A DNA stretch of 64,000 nucleotides, from positions 33,046,001-33,110,000 of the forward strand of contig CATNEN010000038.1 in assembly GCA_950097015.1 (NCBI GenBank). Direction: 5' to 3'. The translations under genes were made by a program, and so were the position numbers. Under the pieces are notes generated by a model. The model made no database searches. It was not told where the DNA came from and saw only the letters and a list, made by a program, of their open reading frames with translations. Shown here piece after piece: positions 51,370 through 63,726 of this stretch (its first letter is position 1; each line of letters begins with the position of its first letter). This DNA is from Macrostomum hystrix. Taxonomy: Eukaryota > Animalia > Platyhelminthes.

Positions 51370-51890
51370 ATGTGTTTACCAGTATTCTAAAAGTGTTTAC
51401 CAGTATTCTAAATGTGTTTACCAGTATTCTAAATGTGTTTACCAGTTTTCTAAATGTTTTTACCAGTTTTCTAAATGTGTTTACCAGTATTCTAAATGTG
51501 TTTACCAGTATTCTAAATGTGTTTACCAGTATTCTAAAAGTGTTTACCAGTATTCTAAATGTGTTTACCAGTACTCTAAATGTGTTTACCAGTATTCTAA
51601 ATGTGTTTACCAGTATTCTAAATGTGTTTACCAGTATTCTAAATGTGTTTACCAGTATTCTAAACATGTTTAACAGTTTTCTAAATGTGTTTACCAGAAT
51701 TCTAAACCGTTTTCTATATGTGTATAACAGTTTTATAAAACTGGGTCTCTAAATGTTTTCTAAATGTGTATAATTCTAAACGTGTTTAACAGTTTTCTAA
51801 AAGTGTTTAACAGTGTTCTAAATGTGTTTACCAGTTTTTAAAATGTGTTTTACAGTTCTTAAAATGTGTTTTTATAACTGTTTTCTAAAT
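51370..51890. repeat. 21-bp minisatellite within Helitron B
   Basis: GTGTTTACCAGTATTCTAAAT. Confidence 0.9.
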
Positions 51891-52256
51891 GTTCTCTGAG
51901 GCCACAGTATTCTCATGTACATTAGTACCCTAACCCGCTTTATTTTCAGGCTGGCGCAGACCAGTGTACATTGTTAGCCCTCTGACCTGGAATGTGCACA
52001 CACAGGCCTGGAGAGCCCACACCCGAAATCATAGGTTTTTAAGATTCAGACCCCTTTCTTCTTTATCGATTTTTCAGTTTTTACCCTGCGTCTTAAGATA
52101 AGGGCCGATTCAGCCCCACTGGATGATAAATAGCCTGCAAATTAGTTTGGCTAAAGGGCGCCTTCTGATTCTTCAGACATCCAAATCACAAACCTTTACC
52201 TTTCAAACCTTATCATTCTTTCTCAACTATTTCATTTCACTTCTCATTTCTCAATC

Positions 52257-55200
52257 ATGGTTCGACGCGGCGCTAGCAGTTTAAAGAAGAGCCGCGATGC
52301 CAAGCGACGGCGACAGGCAGAATCCGAGGCAGAGCGGGATGCCCGACTGGAAGAACAGCGGCAGCGGGACGCTCAGCGCAGAGAGGCTGAGACTGAGGCA
52401 GAGCGGGATGCCCGACTGGAAGAACAGCGGCAGCGGGACGCTCAGCGCAGAGAGGCTGAGACTGAGGCAGAGCGGGATGCCCGACTGGAAGAACAGCGGC
52501 AGCGGGACGCTCAGCGCAGAGAGGCTGAGACTGAGGCAGAGTGGGCTGCCCGACTGGAAGAACAGCGGCAGCGGAATGCTCAGCGCAGAGAGGCTGAGAC
52601 TGAGGCAGAGTGGGCTGCCCGACTGGAAGCCGATCGGATTCGTCGCCGTGGAGCTGTGGTTTCTAGGTGAGTTTTATAATAACGTTTTATAACAAGTCTT
52701 TATTTTTGTTTTTTTCTGAATTGCCTTTTTAGTATCCATTTTTCTGTAAAATTTAGGCGGACAACAATTTTTGAGAAATGAATTGTCTTAAAAAGCCAAT
52801 TAAGGCAGCGGTGCTTACGTTCACTTATTGCCCCTTAGGTCGGACACCCAGCAGCAAGGTACGGAAGCTATTGTACCCTTTGAGCAGTTGCAGGTAATCC
52901 CCATTGTTGGTGAAGGCAATTGCTTATTTTATGCCGTGTGTGATCAGCTGCGTGGAACCCCGCTGGAAACTGACGCAGCCTCCTTGCGGCAGGATTTGTC
53001 TTGCCGTGTTGCAGAACTCATGCCTCAGTTGGTTGCAGATGGCCTCATTGCACCTGAGAGTGCTGAGGACATTGTGAATTGCTCTTTTCAAACAGGAATT
53101 TGTTTCAGATGAAGTTGCCTCTTTGTTGAGCCGCTGCTTTAATGTGGACCTGGTCATTTACCAGGCCAATGGTAATGTTATGCAGTATTTCAGGGCTAAT
53201 CTGCATCCTCCTAATGCCATTGTGCGGGTGCTCTTGCGCCATGAACATTACGAGTCACTGAGACTTCGAGAGCCTTTGCAAGCCCTTTCAGATGCAGAGT
53301 TTCCAAGCTTGGCAGCAAGCAGAACTCCTGCCAAGAGGGCCAAGAAAGTCAAGTGCCCGAGAGCAATGCCAGCTCCAAGCTCCCGTTCGGACACTGGAGC
53401 ACAGACTGAGCAGAGGTGAGTAATTTTCTCCCTTAGTAGTTTCAAATCATGTTGACACAAAGAATCGAAATTTATGCACCCTCATTATAATCTCTGCTCA
53501 ACCCCTACTCAAACCCTGCTCACAGGCATGCCGAGCCGGTGATGCCAGAAGCCCCGGCTCATCAATGCGGCCCAATGAACAGCGCCTGTAATGACTGCGG
53601 CGCCCTGCTGTGGGCTAAGGAGACGAGAAATTTCTGCTGTGCTAAGGGCAAGGTGAAGCTGCCCACCCGTTCCGTGCCGCAGGTCCTGGCAGATCTGTAC
53701 ACGGGGCAGCACCGCCTCAGTGCAGAGTTCCTGGCTAACATCAGGAGCTACAACTCTGTGCTGCACCTGACGTCTCTGGGTGCGAAGCTCAGACTGGTGC
53801 CTGGCTGGAGTCCCAGCTTCATCATCAGCGGCCAGCTGCATCACAACATGGGGCCGCTGCTTGCCGACACCTCAGACGTGCCGCATGGCTGGCAGGTGTA
53901 CTTCATGGACCGCGAGCTGGAAAGCCGCCTGAGCCTCAGCCAGAAGGTGAAGCCGCAGCTGCTGGAGCTGCTGCAAACTGTACTGCACGAGTGCAACGGC
54001 TATGTGCAGAGCCTGCGAGCTGCTGCTCAGCGGATCAGTGGCGACCCTGAGCTGGGAGATGCGCGAATTGTGATTCACCCGGACCGAAGACCAGCTGGGG
54101 AACACATTCGGTGAGTGAGCTGTGTTATGGAGCTGCTCTTTGGGATAAACCTGGGATAAATCTGTTGCATTATGTGAAATACCTGCGGCACCAATTCAAT
54201 TTCCTGTTCAATCCCAGGCGTTACAATCTCCCTACTGCCAATGAGGTTGGCATCCTGGTTGTCGGTGGTTCCGAGGACGCACCGACAAGTCGTGACGTTG
54301 TGATCCGACTGCGCGGAGGCGAAGTTCAGCGCATTTCCGAGACGCACCGGTCCTATGACCCTCTGGAGTACGTGCTGCTGTTCCCGAATGGCGAGGACGG
54401 TTGGCACCCGGAGCTGCAGATGGCGAATGGGCGGAAGCTGACGCCCATGAAGTACTACGCCAGCGAAATCATGGTGAGAGGTGGCCAGTTTAACGTGCTG
54501 CATTACAGCAGGCGCCTCTTCCAGCAGTACCTGGTAGACATGGCTGCCAAGATCGAGTCCGAGAGGCTGCTGTACCTGCGCACTCATCAGAACGATTTGC
54601 GCAGCGAGACATACAGCGGCCTACGAGACGCTCTGTTCGCTGCTGATGGCAGGAGCACCGAGAGAGACCCCAATGAGATTGGTAAGCCTGCCCATGTGTA
54701 CCTGTCTTCCAGCTTTGTTGGTGGACCCAGGTACCTGATGGAGCGACTGCAGGATGCAATGGCCTACGTGCACAAGTTCGGCAAGCCGGACCTGTTTGTC
54801 ACAGCCACGTGCAACCCGAAGTGGCCGGAAATCAGCGTGCAGCTGCTGCCCGGTCAGCGGGCTGAGGACCGCCCGGACATTGTGACTCGAGTCTTTGAGC
54901 TGAAGAAAAAGGCTCTGCTTGAAGTGCTCAGGAAGCGCTTTGGCAAGGAGGCTGCGCATGTGTGCTCCTTGGAGTACCAGAAGCGCGGTGAGTGAAAGCA
55001 GATTTTCATACAGTATTGACAACCTGGATTAACAAATTCATGGATTTTTTGCCAACTCGCCTCAGGCCTTCCCCATGTGCACTTCCTGCTCTGGCTGGCG
55101 AACGGGAGTCGAGTCACCCCAGATCGCTACGATGCCATCGTGTCTGCGGAGATCCCAGACCCACAGCGGCAGCCAGTGCTGCACGAGCTGGTCAAGACCA

Positions 55201-58185
55201 ACATGATCCACGGGCCGTGTGGCGAGCTGAACCCGGCCTGCCCTTGCATGGAGAACGGCAAGTGCAGCAAGAGCTTCCCGAAGGACTTCCAGCCGGTGAC
55301 GCTGACGAGCGACAGTGGCTATCCGTTCTACAGGAGGCGCTCCCCTGAGATGGGAGGCTTCACGGTGGACAAACTGTTCAAGGGTCGCAGCATCCGAATG
55401 GACAACAGGTGAGTCAGTAGCTGCGTGGCCATAGTGTTTCTGTGCTCTGCAGGCCGCTTCTTCCGTCCAATCACCAGGTGGGTGGTGCCATACAACCCTG
55501 ACCTGCTGCTCCAGTTCGCGTGCCATTTGAACGTTGAAGTTTGCGCCACTGTCAAGTCTGTGAAGTACGTGATCAAGTACTTGATGAAGAATGGCGACAT
55601 GGCTGTTTTCAAAGTCGCCGCCACCGCAGGAGCTGCTGAATCGCAGCCGAGTGCTCCTCCTGAGAGGCAGGCGAAGTCACGGGATGAAATCTCCGAGTAC
55701 GCTACATTGGTCCGATGGAAGCTGTAAACACCATCCTGGCCTTTGAGGTAATTGCTCTGCTGTGATGTAGCTGTGATTTTAGCACTGCATTTAGTCTTGG
55801 CGGTCACTCTGATGCTCAAAAAATATACTCACCTTTGCCCAGGTGCACAACAGGTTTCCGGCGGTCATCCGACTTTGCGTGCACAAGACGGAAGAGCAGC
55901 TTGTGTACTTCAACGAGCAGACCGCGGGCGCCAGAGCAAAGGTGCCACGAGACTCGACACTGACGGCCTTCTTCAAGCTGTGCCGCACTGACGAGTTTGC
56001 CCGCCTGCTGCTCTACACAGAGGTGCCCGGCTACTTCGTGTGGCACCCGAGTGCGAGAGAGTGGCGTCGAGCCAAGCAGGGCGCCAATGTCGAAGGACAT
56101 CCCGGCGTGAAGCGCAACACCAACATTGCGCGGATGTACACGGTCAGTCCCAGGGCTGGTGACCTGTACTACCTGCGGCTGTTGCTGCTGCACGTGCGAG
56201 GACCGACCAGCTTTGAGTCGCTGCAGACCGTGGCCGGCGTGCTTTGTGCCAGCGCCAAGGCCGCCTGCATGGCTCTCGGCTTGCTGCAGCGCGATGATCA
56301 CTGGCATCGCTGCATGATTGAGGCTGTCCAGAGCCGAATGCCGCGAGCTCTGAGGCACCTGCTGGCTGTCGTCTTCATCTGGGGCGAGCCAGACGACGGC
56401 GCTGATCTGTGGAGCAGCTTTGCAGAGGATCTCTGCGAAGACCTGCGCTTCCACCACCCGGACCTGAGCGCCGAGGAAGTCAGTGACCTGGCTCTGCGGG
56501 AGCTGAAGAGCATGCTGACGTCAATGGGCGGCCGCAGTCTGCAAGAGTACGGACTGCCTGCTGCCTCTGCAATGCCGCAAGTCGGGCCGCTGCAGTTTGA
56601 CACGGTCGAACAGGCGGAGATCACCGAGATGCGGCTGCCAATGCTCACGGCCGAGCAGATGGCCACCTACGAGGCTGTGACTGCGGATCTTGTCGCTGGC
56701 TCGGGCGGCCTGCATTTCCTTGACGCTCCTGCAGGCACTGGCAAGACCTTCCTGCTGGAGGTTTTGCTGGCGTTTGTGCGGAGTCGAGGGGAAGTCGCCC
56801 TGGCTGTTGCGTCGTCTGGAATCGCAGCCACCCTGCTGCCGGGTGGACAGACGGCACATTCAACGTGAGTTTTCTGGTGGAACTCGAATGCCTTTTTCGT
56901 GTTCTACCCAGACCATTCAGTCCCCATCAATATTTTTGTTAGGTTCAAGATCCCAGTGCGGCTGGTTCGCTCTGACAAGGACGTGTGTTCTATCCGAGCG
57001 CAGTCTAAACAGGCCGCAGTCTTTCGCACTGTGCGGCTGATCGTATGGGACGAGATCTCCATGACAAACCGCAAGGACCTGGAGGCTGTCGACCGCAGTC
57101 TGCGAGACCTGCGGAAGCAGGACTGCCCATTCGGCGGAATCGTCGTGGTGTGCTCTGGAGACTTTCGCCAGCTGCTGCCGGTGGTGAAAAATGGCACGCG
57201 CGCTAACAACATCCTGGCGTGTGTTAGCAAGTCCACGCTGTGGTCTTTGTTCCAGAGGCACCGCCTGTCCAAGAACATCCGGCTGCAGAGTTGTGCTGAT
57301 GCTGAGCTGTACCATCGCTATATGCAGCTGCTCATGCAGGTAAGTTTTGCTATTGCTGCTTGTAGGAGTAGATCACCTGTGTAGCCTACGATTCTCTTGC
57401 ATTTTCCTGCCCATTCCACACAGATCGGCTCTGGGTTGGCTGATCAGTCGGACGACACCGTCCGCCTTCCTGCCGAGATTGTCATTTCGGCGGAGGCGCC
57501 GCTTTCCGAGCTGATCCAGTTCGTGTACCCTTCGTTCGAGGCGTCAGAGGAGCGCGATAGGTACTTTGCCAGCCGAGCCATCCTGGCGCCCTACAACGAT
57601 GCGGTTGACGCGATCAACAACGAGTGCCTGGCCATGTTCCCAGGCCAACTGCGCGAGTATCGCTCAGTGGACAGCGTGGCTGACGAGGATGCGGCCACGC
57701 ACTTTCCTCCGGAGCTGCTGAATCAGCTGGATGCACCGAATTTCCCTGCCCACCTTCTGAAGCTCAAGGTGGGCATGCCGCTGGTTCTGCTGCGGAATCT
57801 GAATCCGCCACGGCTGTGCAACGGCACCCGGCTGATCATCCTGGAGCTGGGCGAGAATGTGCTGCGCTGCAAAGTCGCTGCCGGCCAGTTCACTGGAGAT
57901 GAAATCCTGCTGCCGCGGATTCCTCTACAGCCCAACAATGCTGACCTGCCAGTCTGCTTCAGGCGGCTGCAGTTCCCGGTGAAGCCCAGCTTTTGCCTGA
58001 CGATTCACAAGTGTCAGGGGCAGAGCCTGGAGACAGTCGGCATCGACCTGGCGGTTGGATGCTTTGCGCACGGCCAGTTATATACTGCGCTGTCTCGAGC
58101 GAAAAATGTAGCAAACGTCCGGGTCCGGTTGTCTGGAACCACGACCAGGAACGTTGTCTACCCAGAGGTGCTCACAGGAGAATAA
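52257..58185 (+). pseudogene. Helitron RepHel transposase with N-terminal R/E repeats and OTU domain; 9 exons: 52257-52666, 52839-53415, 53526-54110, 54218-54987, 55066-55408, 55478-55747, 55843-56864, 56943-57339, 57424-58185; two apparent frameshifts (~53097, ~55701)
   Basis: All 8 introns are GT-AG with compatible phases. OTU VGEGNCLF...HYE; C..CGALLW..E..CC..G; FVTATCNPKWPEI; HUH motif EYQKRG|LPHVH; KYVIKY; Pif1 helicase DAPAGTGKT, WDEISM, GDFRQLLPV, LCNGTRL, TIHKCQGQSL, HGQLYTALSR. Confidence 0.93.
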
Positions 58186-58256
58186 AATCGGTTTGAATCT
58201 TAATGACAATTTTATTGTACAAAGGACCGAAAAGAACTTTTTGAATGCACCTCGTT

Positions 58257-58487
58257 TTATTAAAGTCACATTGAGTCTCAGTGAAGTATTTTTGCCCGGA
58301 TGATTCACTGAGTAAATCCTACTATTTAAGGGTAGGTCGCTGCAAATCAGATTATGGGCTGACAGAGAGTCTGTGAACTGTACATATCAGCTGCCTTATG
58401 TACTGCTGGAGGTTCCAAACTCTGATAAATGGGATTTGCAGCTGGCGAGCTCTGAAGCAGCTATTATGCAGAGCTGGTGAAAGTGAA
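58257..58487 (+). repeat. ~230-bp segment duplicated almost exactly at ~63771-63998
   Basis: TATTAAAGTCACAT.GAGTCTCAGTGAAG...GCAGAGCTGGTGAAAGTGA follows both the RepHel and the RPA gene. Confidence 0.9.
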
Positions 58488-59813
58488 TTTGTGTGTAATG
58501 GTGTCTGCATGAATGTCCCATTGCTTATACCCAATGCATGCAACTATCGCAGTGAAGCGAGTCAGGCAGTAGTCAGAATGACTTGAGTTATCAGTGCCTC
58601 TGTTGCACCAGTCTCTGGCTACTGCTTGATGGTTTTACCTGCTTAATCGACAGTTCCTACTGCCCCATAACTGCTTTTTAAGTGCAATTATTACATGTTA
58701 TTTTTTAAATAAAAAATATAATTGATTATAGTGCAAGGTAGCCATAATAACATTTTGTAGTCCCTCTTGCAGCAAGGGCAGATGGTTGCATTATTTTAAT
58801 TATTTTAAAGATTCCTGTTTTCCTAACTTTTTGGTGCATTGAAATAAATAAAAGCGTATAAAATTAATTCCGGGTTCAGTTTGAAACTTATTGCATGCTT
58901 ATTTATATAAATTAAATCAATGTTCATAATTAGGAAAAGAAAATCTTTGACTAGCAAACAGAGAATGTAAAACAAAAAAAGCACTGTCAGTTGGGCAGAC
59001 GCTTCAGCAAAGTGCATTACATATCGTCGGGTATACATTGCATTGTAAGCCAGATTGAAGGCTACTTTGTTTGCCAGTTGACACCAACAATTGTCAAGCA
59101 TTTTGCATATGGAAGAGGAATAAAATGGTTCTATTCAGCAAAAGTGATTACTTACTTGCAGAACATTACATGTATAAAGGGGAAAGGTTGCGCGCAAAAA
59201 GGGGAATATTACCGTGCTTATTTGGTGTGGCATGGCAAAGACGCAACAATTTAAAACATAAGCATACAAAATACACCAGTGTCTGATATTCAGGCGTCAT
59301 AAAGACTTTCAAAATAGTATCTGAACATTGAAGCCTTAATAAAGCATTCTCCATTAGCTACACAGTAATATAAAAATATAATTGATTATAGTGCAAGGTA
59401 GCTATAATAACATTTTATACAGTCTCAGCAAGGGCCTGAGATAAAAGTACACTGATTAAATGATACCCACAAACTGAGTTAAGCGTACAATGAGACTATA
59501 GACCATTCAAATAGTGACTATTCATTTCACGACTGGCTGCGGGGGGCTGAGGGCCAGTTTTAGCCGGCAGCCAATCAGAAACGAGGGCGTTTAGTAGTAA
59601 TTGGATGAGCTGGTTTGGAATGGTAGAATATGCAATACGGAATATATCTGGAAAATTCCAGAAACCAGTAAGCCCCTTAAAACCCGTGAGTCTAGCGCAG
59701 ACATGCTGGACTGGTATTTAAAGTTATAAGTTTCATACCCAAGACTAGAGAGACAGACGATCAACAACAACAATCATCAAGACGATCATCAAGCAATCTG
59801 ACTTCAAGCAAGT

Positions 59814-60203
59814 ATGCACATTAATAACTACTTCTCGAGCGGCGGGCCAGGGAGAGGCGGTCGACGTCGCACCGGACCCCGGGGCGGTCCAGCCGCAGGA
59901 TGCTACTTCTGCGGTGGGCCGCACCGGGTCATCCGGTGCGACCGTATGAGGGCCGTCGCCCTGGCCCTCCAGCAGGAGGAGGGGCAGCAGCAGCCGCCAC
60001 CGCAGCAGCAGCAGCCGCCGCCGCAGCAGCAGCAGCAGCAGCAGCCGCCAACGGAGCAGCAAGCGCAGCGGTCGTCAGGTAGCGCAGCGAACCTGGCAGC
60101 ATCGGTTGCCCGAATGGGCCTAACGGCCCAGTCAGGTCCGCCGCCTCCACCGCCGCCTCCACCGCCGCCGCCGGCTGCCGCCGCGGCGGGAAAAAAGAAA
60201 TGA
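59814..60203 (+). CDS. Small (129 aa) RGG + CCHC zinc-knuckle protein with poly-Q/poly-P tail
   Basis: GRGGRRRTGPRGG...CYFCGGPHRVIRC (CX2CX3HX4C); GC-rich ORF in an AT-rich context; GCCAATCAG (~59570) and TATTTAAA (~59716) upstream. Confidence 0.6.
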   Translation: MHINNYFSSGGPGRGGRRRTGPRGGPAAGCYFCGGPHRVIRCDRMRAVALALQQEEGQQQPPPQQQQPPPQQQQQQQPPTEQQAQRSSGSAANLAASVARMGLTAQSGPPPPPPPPPPPPAAAAAGKKK

Positions 60204-61822
60204 AATGAATTTATTTAAAATTGCAACTCCATAAAAAAGTGATGTAACGTTTCAGAATCGGATAACTACAAGTGTAAGAATTATGGATTCAATCGAAATT
60301 AAAACTAGCCGAAATTAAATCATGTTAAGAAGACGAAAATCTAATATTTTGTCTTTATTTGTCTAATCTAATATCTGTCACAGTTATTCAAAACTAAGAC
60401 TGTTTTGTTGATGAGATGCTTACATGTCATGTCACTTCAGACCCTTTTATACTGTAGTAAAGTAGTTTTTCTATACATATCGGTCGATGTATTGAATTCG
60501 GGTCATTTTATGGACAAAAAATTACTGATCATTGCAAGTATAGGTTTTTAATTATTCTAAAATAAATTTCTTGGAATTTATAAAACAACATTTCTTTTGA
60601 ATGTATTTTGTATGTTGAGTTATTGGAAACAAGGATTTATAGTTGTTTCTTATTTTCGCCGCTTTGTTTAAAGATTCGTTCATATCGACATTACGTATAA
60701 GTAGTACTTGCTCTCCTCCGTGTCTAGATTTAATTCGGTTTAAGAGACCTCTTGAGACAGCTCAATGAGAATTATTGTGCCTTGTTGTCAAAGCGAAATT
60801 TGAACAGAGAAATTCAATAGGAGAATAGGAGAAAGCATTAAAACTCTACTGTTGACCACTTGTGAAAAGTACTGTAAGCTAATAAACACACTTTGCTAGC
60901 AATTCAAGAAACAAAGAACAAAGAAGTAATTTATGTACTTCAAGTTAATTATTGTCAGCTATTAGACAAAAGTATATAACCCAGACAGACAGACAGAGTG
61001 ATAGACAGACAGACTATAGCGCATTAAGTTTAGTGTGTGTTGCTTCTCGGTTTGATGTCTCACTCTTCTTCTTTCGATCGTAAGTCCAAGCTGTAGTCTT
61101 CTGTAGTAGTCTAGCAGTGTATTCGCTGTGTCGATGACATGAATGCAATAACTAAGTATGACTATCGACTCTTTCAAGTAAGGCTAATGATCTATAACTA
61201 TTCTAGATCGGAAACTACTGCGATCAGAGTTTAAGTCAGGAACTAACGCGGAAAGCAATGTCTTATGGATTAAAGTGCAATACTAACGGAGCTCGAGTCT
61301 TAGCTCTCAAAATCCGCGGGTGCCGGGCAGCTCCCGCACCCCGCTCCATCTTATATAATGTGCTCAAACCCCTCTTTTCCGAGGGGATGGAAAAGCCTTA
61401 GCAACAGAGCGCAAGAGAATTTGTGAAGAGTGGGGTCGCAGCCCCGAGTTTAGTACAGCGCAAAGAATTGGATTACTCGGTTGGCAGGCACACCAAACCC
61501 GGTCCTAAGGACGGTGGGGCAAAGGCCTAAAAACTCATCTCCAGATAGAGTCCAGGCCGGCTCCGCCTCCTCCCGTGGTCACGGGGTCCGATGTCTGCCT
61601 TCGGTCGATTCTCCTCCCACCAGTCTCCCCCGCTGGCCGGTTCGGGCCGGTTCCGATTTTGCTGTCAGGCCGGGTCGTGTTTGCGCTGAAATGAATGGGT
61701 GGGTTTCGGGGCGTGTCCACATCTAACCTGTCTGCTTTCAGTTGCTTGGCCTCTAGGCTATTGCTATTTTTAGCCTACCTCCTAGAGCTCTCTCGAGTTC
61801 CTTTCAGATTTCTAAGTCTTAT

Positions 61823-61912
61823 ACAGACAGACAGAAAGACAGACAGACAGAGAGACAGATGGACAGACAGACATACAGATCGACAGACAGACAGACAGTT
61901 AGAAAGACAGAT

Positions 61913-62005
<93 letters not shown>

Positions 62006-62060
62006 CCCAGCACAGACAGACAGACAGACAGATGGACAGACAGTCAGACAGACAGATGGA
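61823..62060. repeat. (GACA)n microsatellite
   Basis: Tandem GACA. Confidence 0.95.
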
Positions 62061-62595
62061 TGGACGAATGGACATATACATATATACGAGTATATTGGTA
62101 TATTAGATAATACGTGGAGCAGTGAGTCACGCCCATAAAGCATATAGCACATTTACACTCCGTAAATTATAGCCGTACCCAACGGTGGGTACGGCTCAGT
62201 GACTCATTGGAATTTCAGAGGCGGGTTAGACTTTTGAAAATGGATAGTTTCGTCAAACGTAAGCCGACTGGAATACCCTAGGGATTACAGCCATTGCAAA
62301 ATTGGTTTTGAATTGAATAGCAGTTCAGTAAGCGTGATTCAGCAGTCGACCATTTTTTTTCAACCAATCAGAATTAGGGGACACACAAACCGACCCTGTG
62401 AATGTAAGTCACAACGCAGGTTTCAACCAATCAGAATTAGGGGACACACAAACCGACCCTGTGAATATAAGTCACAACGCAGGCTTTCATATGGGAACTC
62501 CTAACTACTCAGCTAGACTCAACGTAAGTTTAAGTTACATTATTTACATTTGTACTTTGATATTGTCGCTTATTTTTCCGTCTCTCTCACTTACC

Positions 62596-63726
62596 ATGGC
62601 TTCCTACAACGTCAACAACGAACACAAGCGGCCGAAGCTGACGATCGAAGGTTTGCGCCTCGGCTGGATGTCAGCCGCGATTACTGGCGAAGTGTCTGGC
62701 CAGACGACTGCCATTAGGAACTTCAATAGCACTAGAGGGCCAGGCCAGGTGTTTTCGTTCATCCTTGTCGACAGCACTGCCGAGATTCGCGTCTGTGTTT
62801 TCGGCAAAGACTTGCAGGAGCTGCATGACGTCTGCAGGGCGGGCCAGGCTGTCCGCATTGCCGGAGGCGAGGTGAAGATGGCGGCCGCTCAATTCAACAC
62901 CGCGGACAACAAGTTCGAAATTGTTGTGTCTGTCGACTCGAGAGGCAGCATTTATCGCAGCAACGAAGTTGTTGAACCGCGTGCACCCGTGTTTACGCCG
63001 ATTTCAGAACTCGAGTCCGTGGAGTCGAACAAGTAGGCGTCATGAATTTCATACATTTTTGGGTTTTATACTAAAAAATGGAATTCGTGCAATGCGGGAA
63101 TAGAAGACTGATATTTGAGTAATCAATACCACCAATTCCACAGGCACGTCAGTGTACGCGGTGCAATCGCGTCGATTCAGCCGGAAAGGGAAGTCACGAA
63201 GCGAGACGGATCTACGGTTACCCTCACAAAGGTGAAGCTGGTAGACGCTTCAAAGTCAACGGTGGAATGCACCTTCTGGGGAGCCTCGACCTCCCAGGTG
63301 GCTGACTGGTCGGTTGGCGACGCTCTAGAAGTGCAGAGAGCAACGGCCCAGCAGTTTTCTGGACTTGTCAACCTGAGTTGCAAGGAAGCCAAGAAATGTG
63401 ATGCCACATCATGGCCAGAACTGCGGAGCCTGGTTGATTCATCGGACTCAAACCAGGAGGAATTCTGTCCCGTGATGGCATCACAGCCGGCAAATTCTGA
63501 GCGGCACCGGCCGACACCGCAGCAGTCGAGGTCGGAAATCGTCATGGACTATCCCCGGAATTTCTACGAAGCGTACAGCAGTGTGCAGCAGCTCCGGCTT
63601 CGCTTTGAGGGCTTGGAGATAGTTTACACGCAGAGCAACCAGGAGCAGGCACATGTACAACCGCAGACCAGCACGCCAGAACCAAGCTTCCAGACTCATG
63701 ATGCTGATAAGAATTCAAATGAGTGA
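62596..63726 (+). CDS. RPA70 (RPA1)-like ssDNA-binding protein with two OB folds; exons 62596-63032 and 63144-63726 (a further small exon is possible)
   Basis: DBD-A-like IRNFNSTRGPGQVFSFILVDSTAEIRVCVF...VKMAAAQFN...FEI; DBD-B-like VSVRGAI...VTKRDG.....VKLVDAS..VECTFWG; phase-2 GT-AG intron; duplicated CCAAT-containing 63-bp unit upstream (~62360-62482). Confidence 0.82.

Noticed and set aside
53509-57938. Minus-strand ORFs over the Helitron gene and alternative-frame ORFs over the GPCR and Shisa-like genes
   Set aside because: Antisense or shifted shadows of GC-rich coding exons
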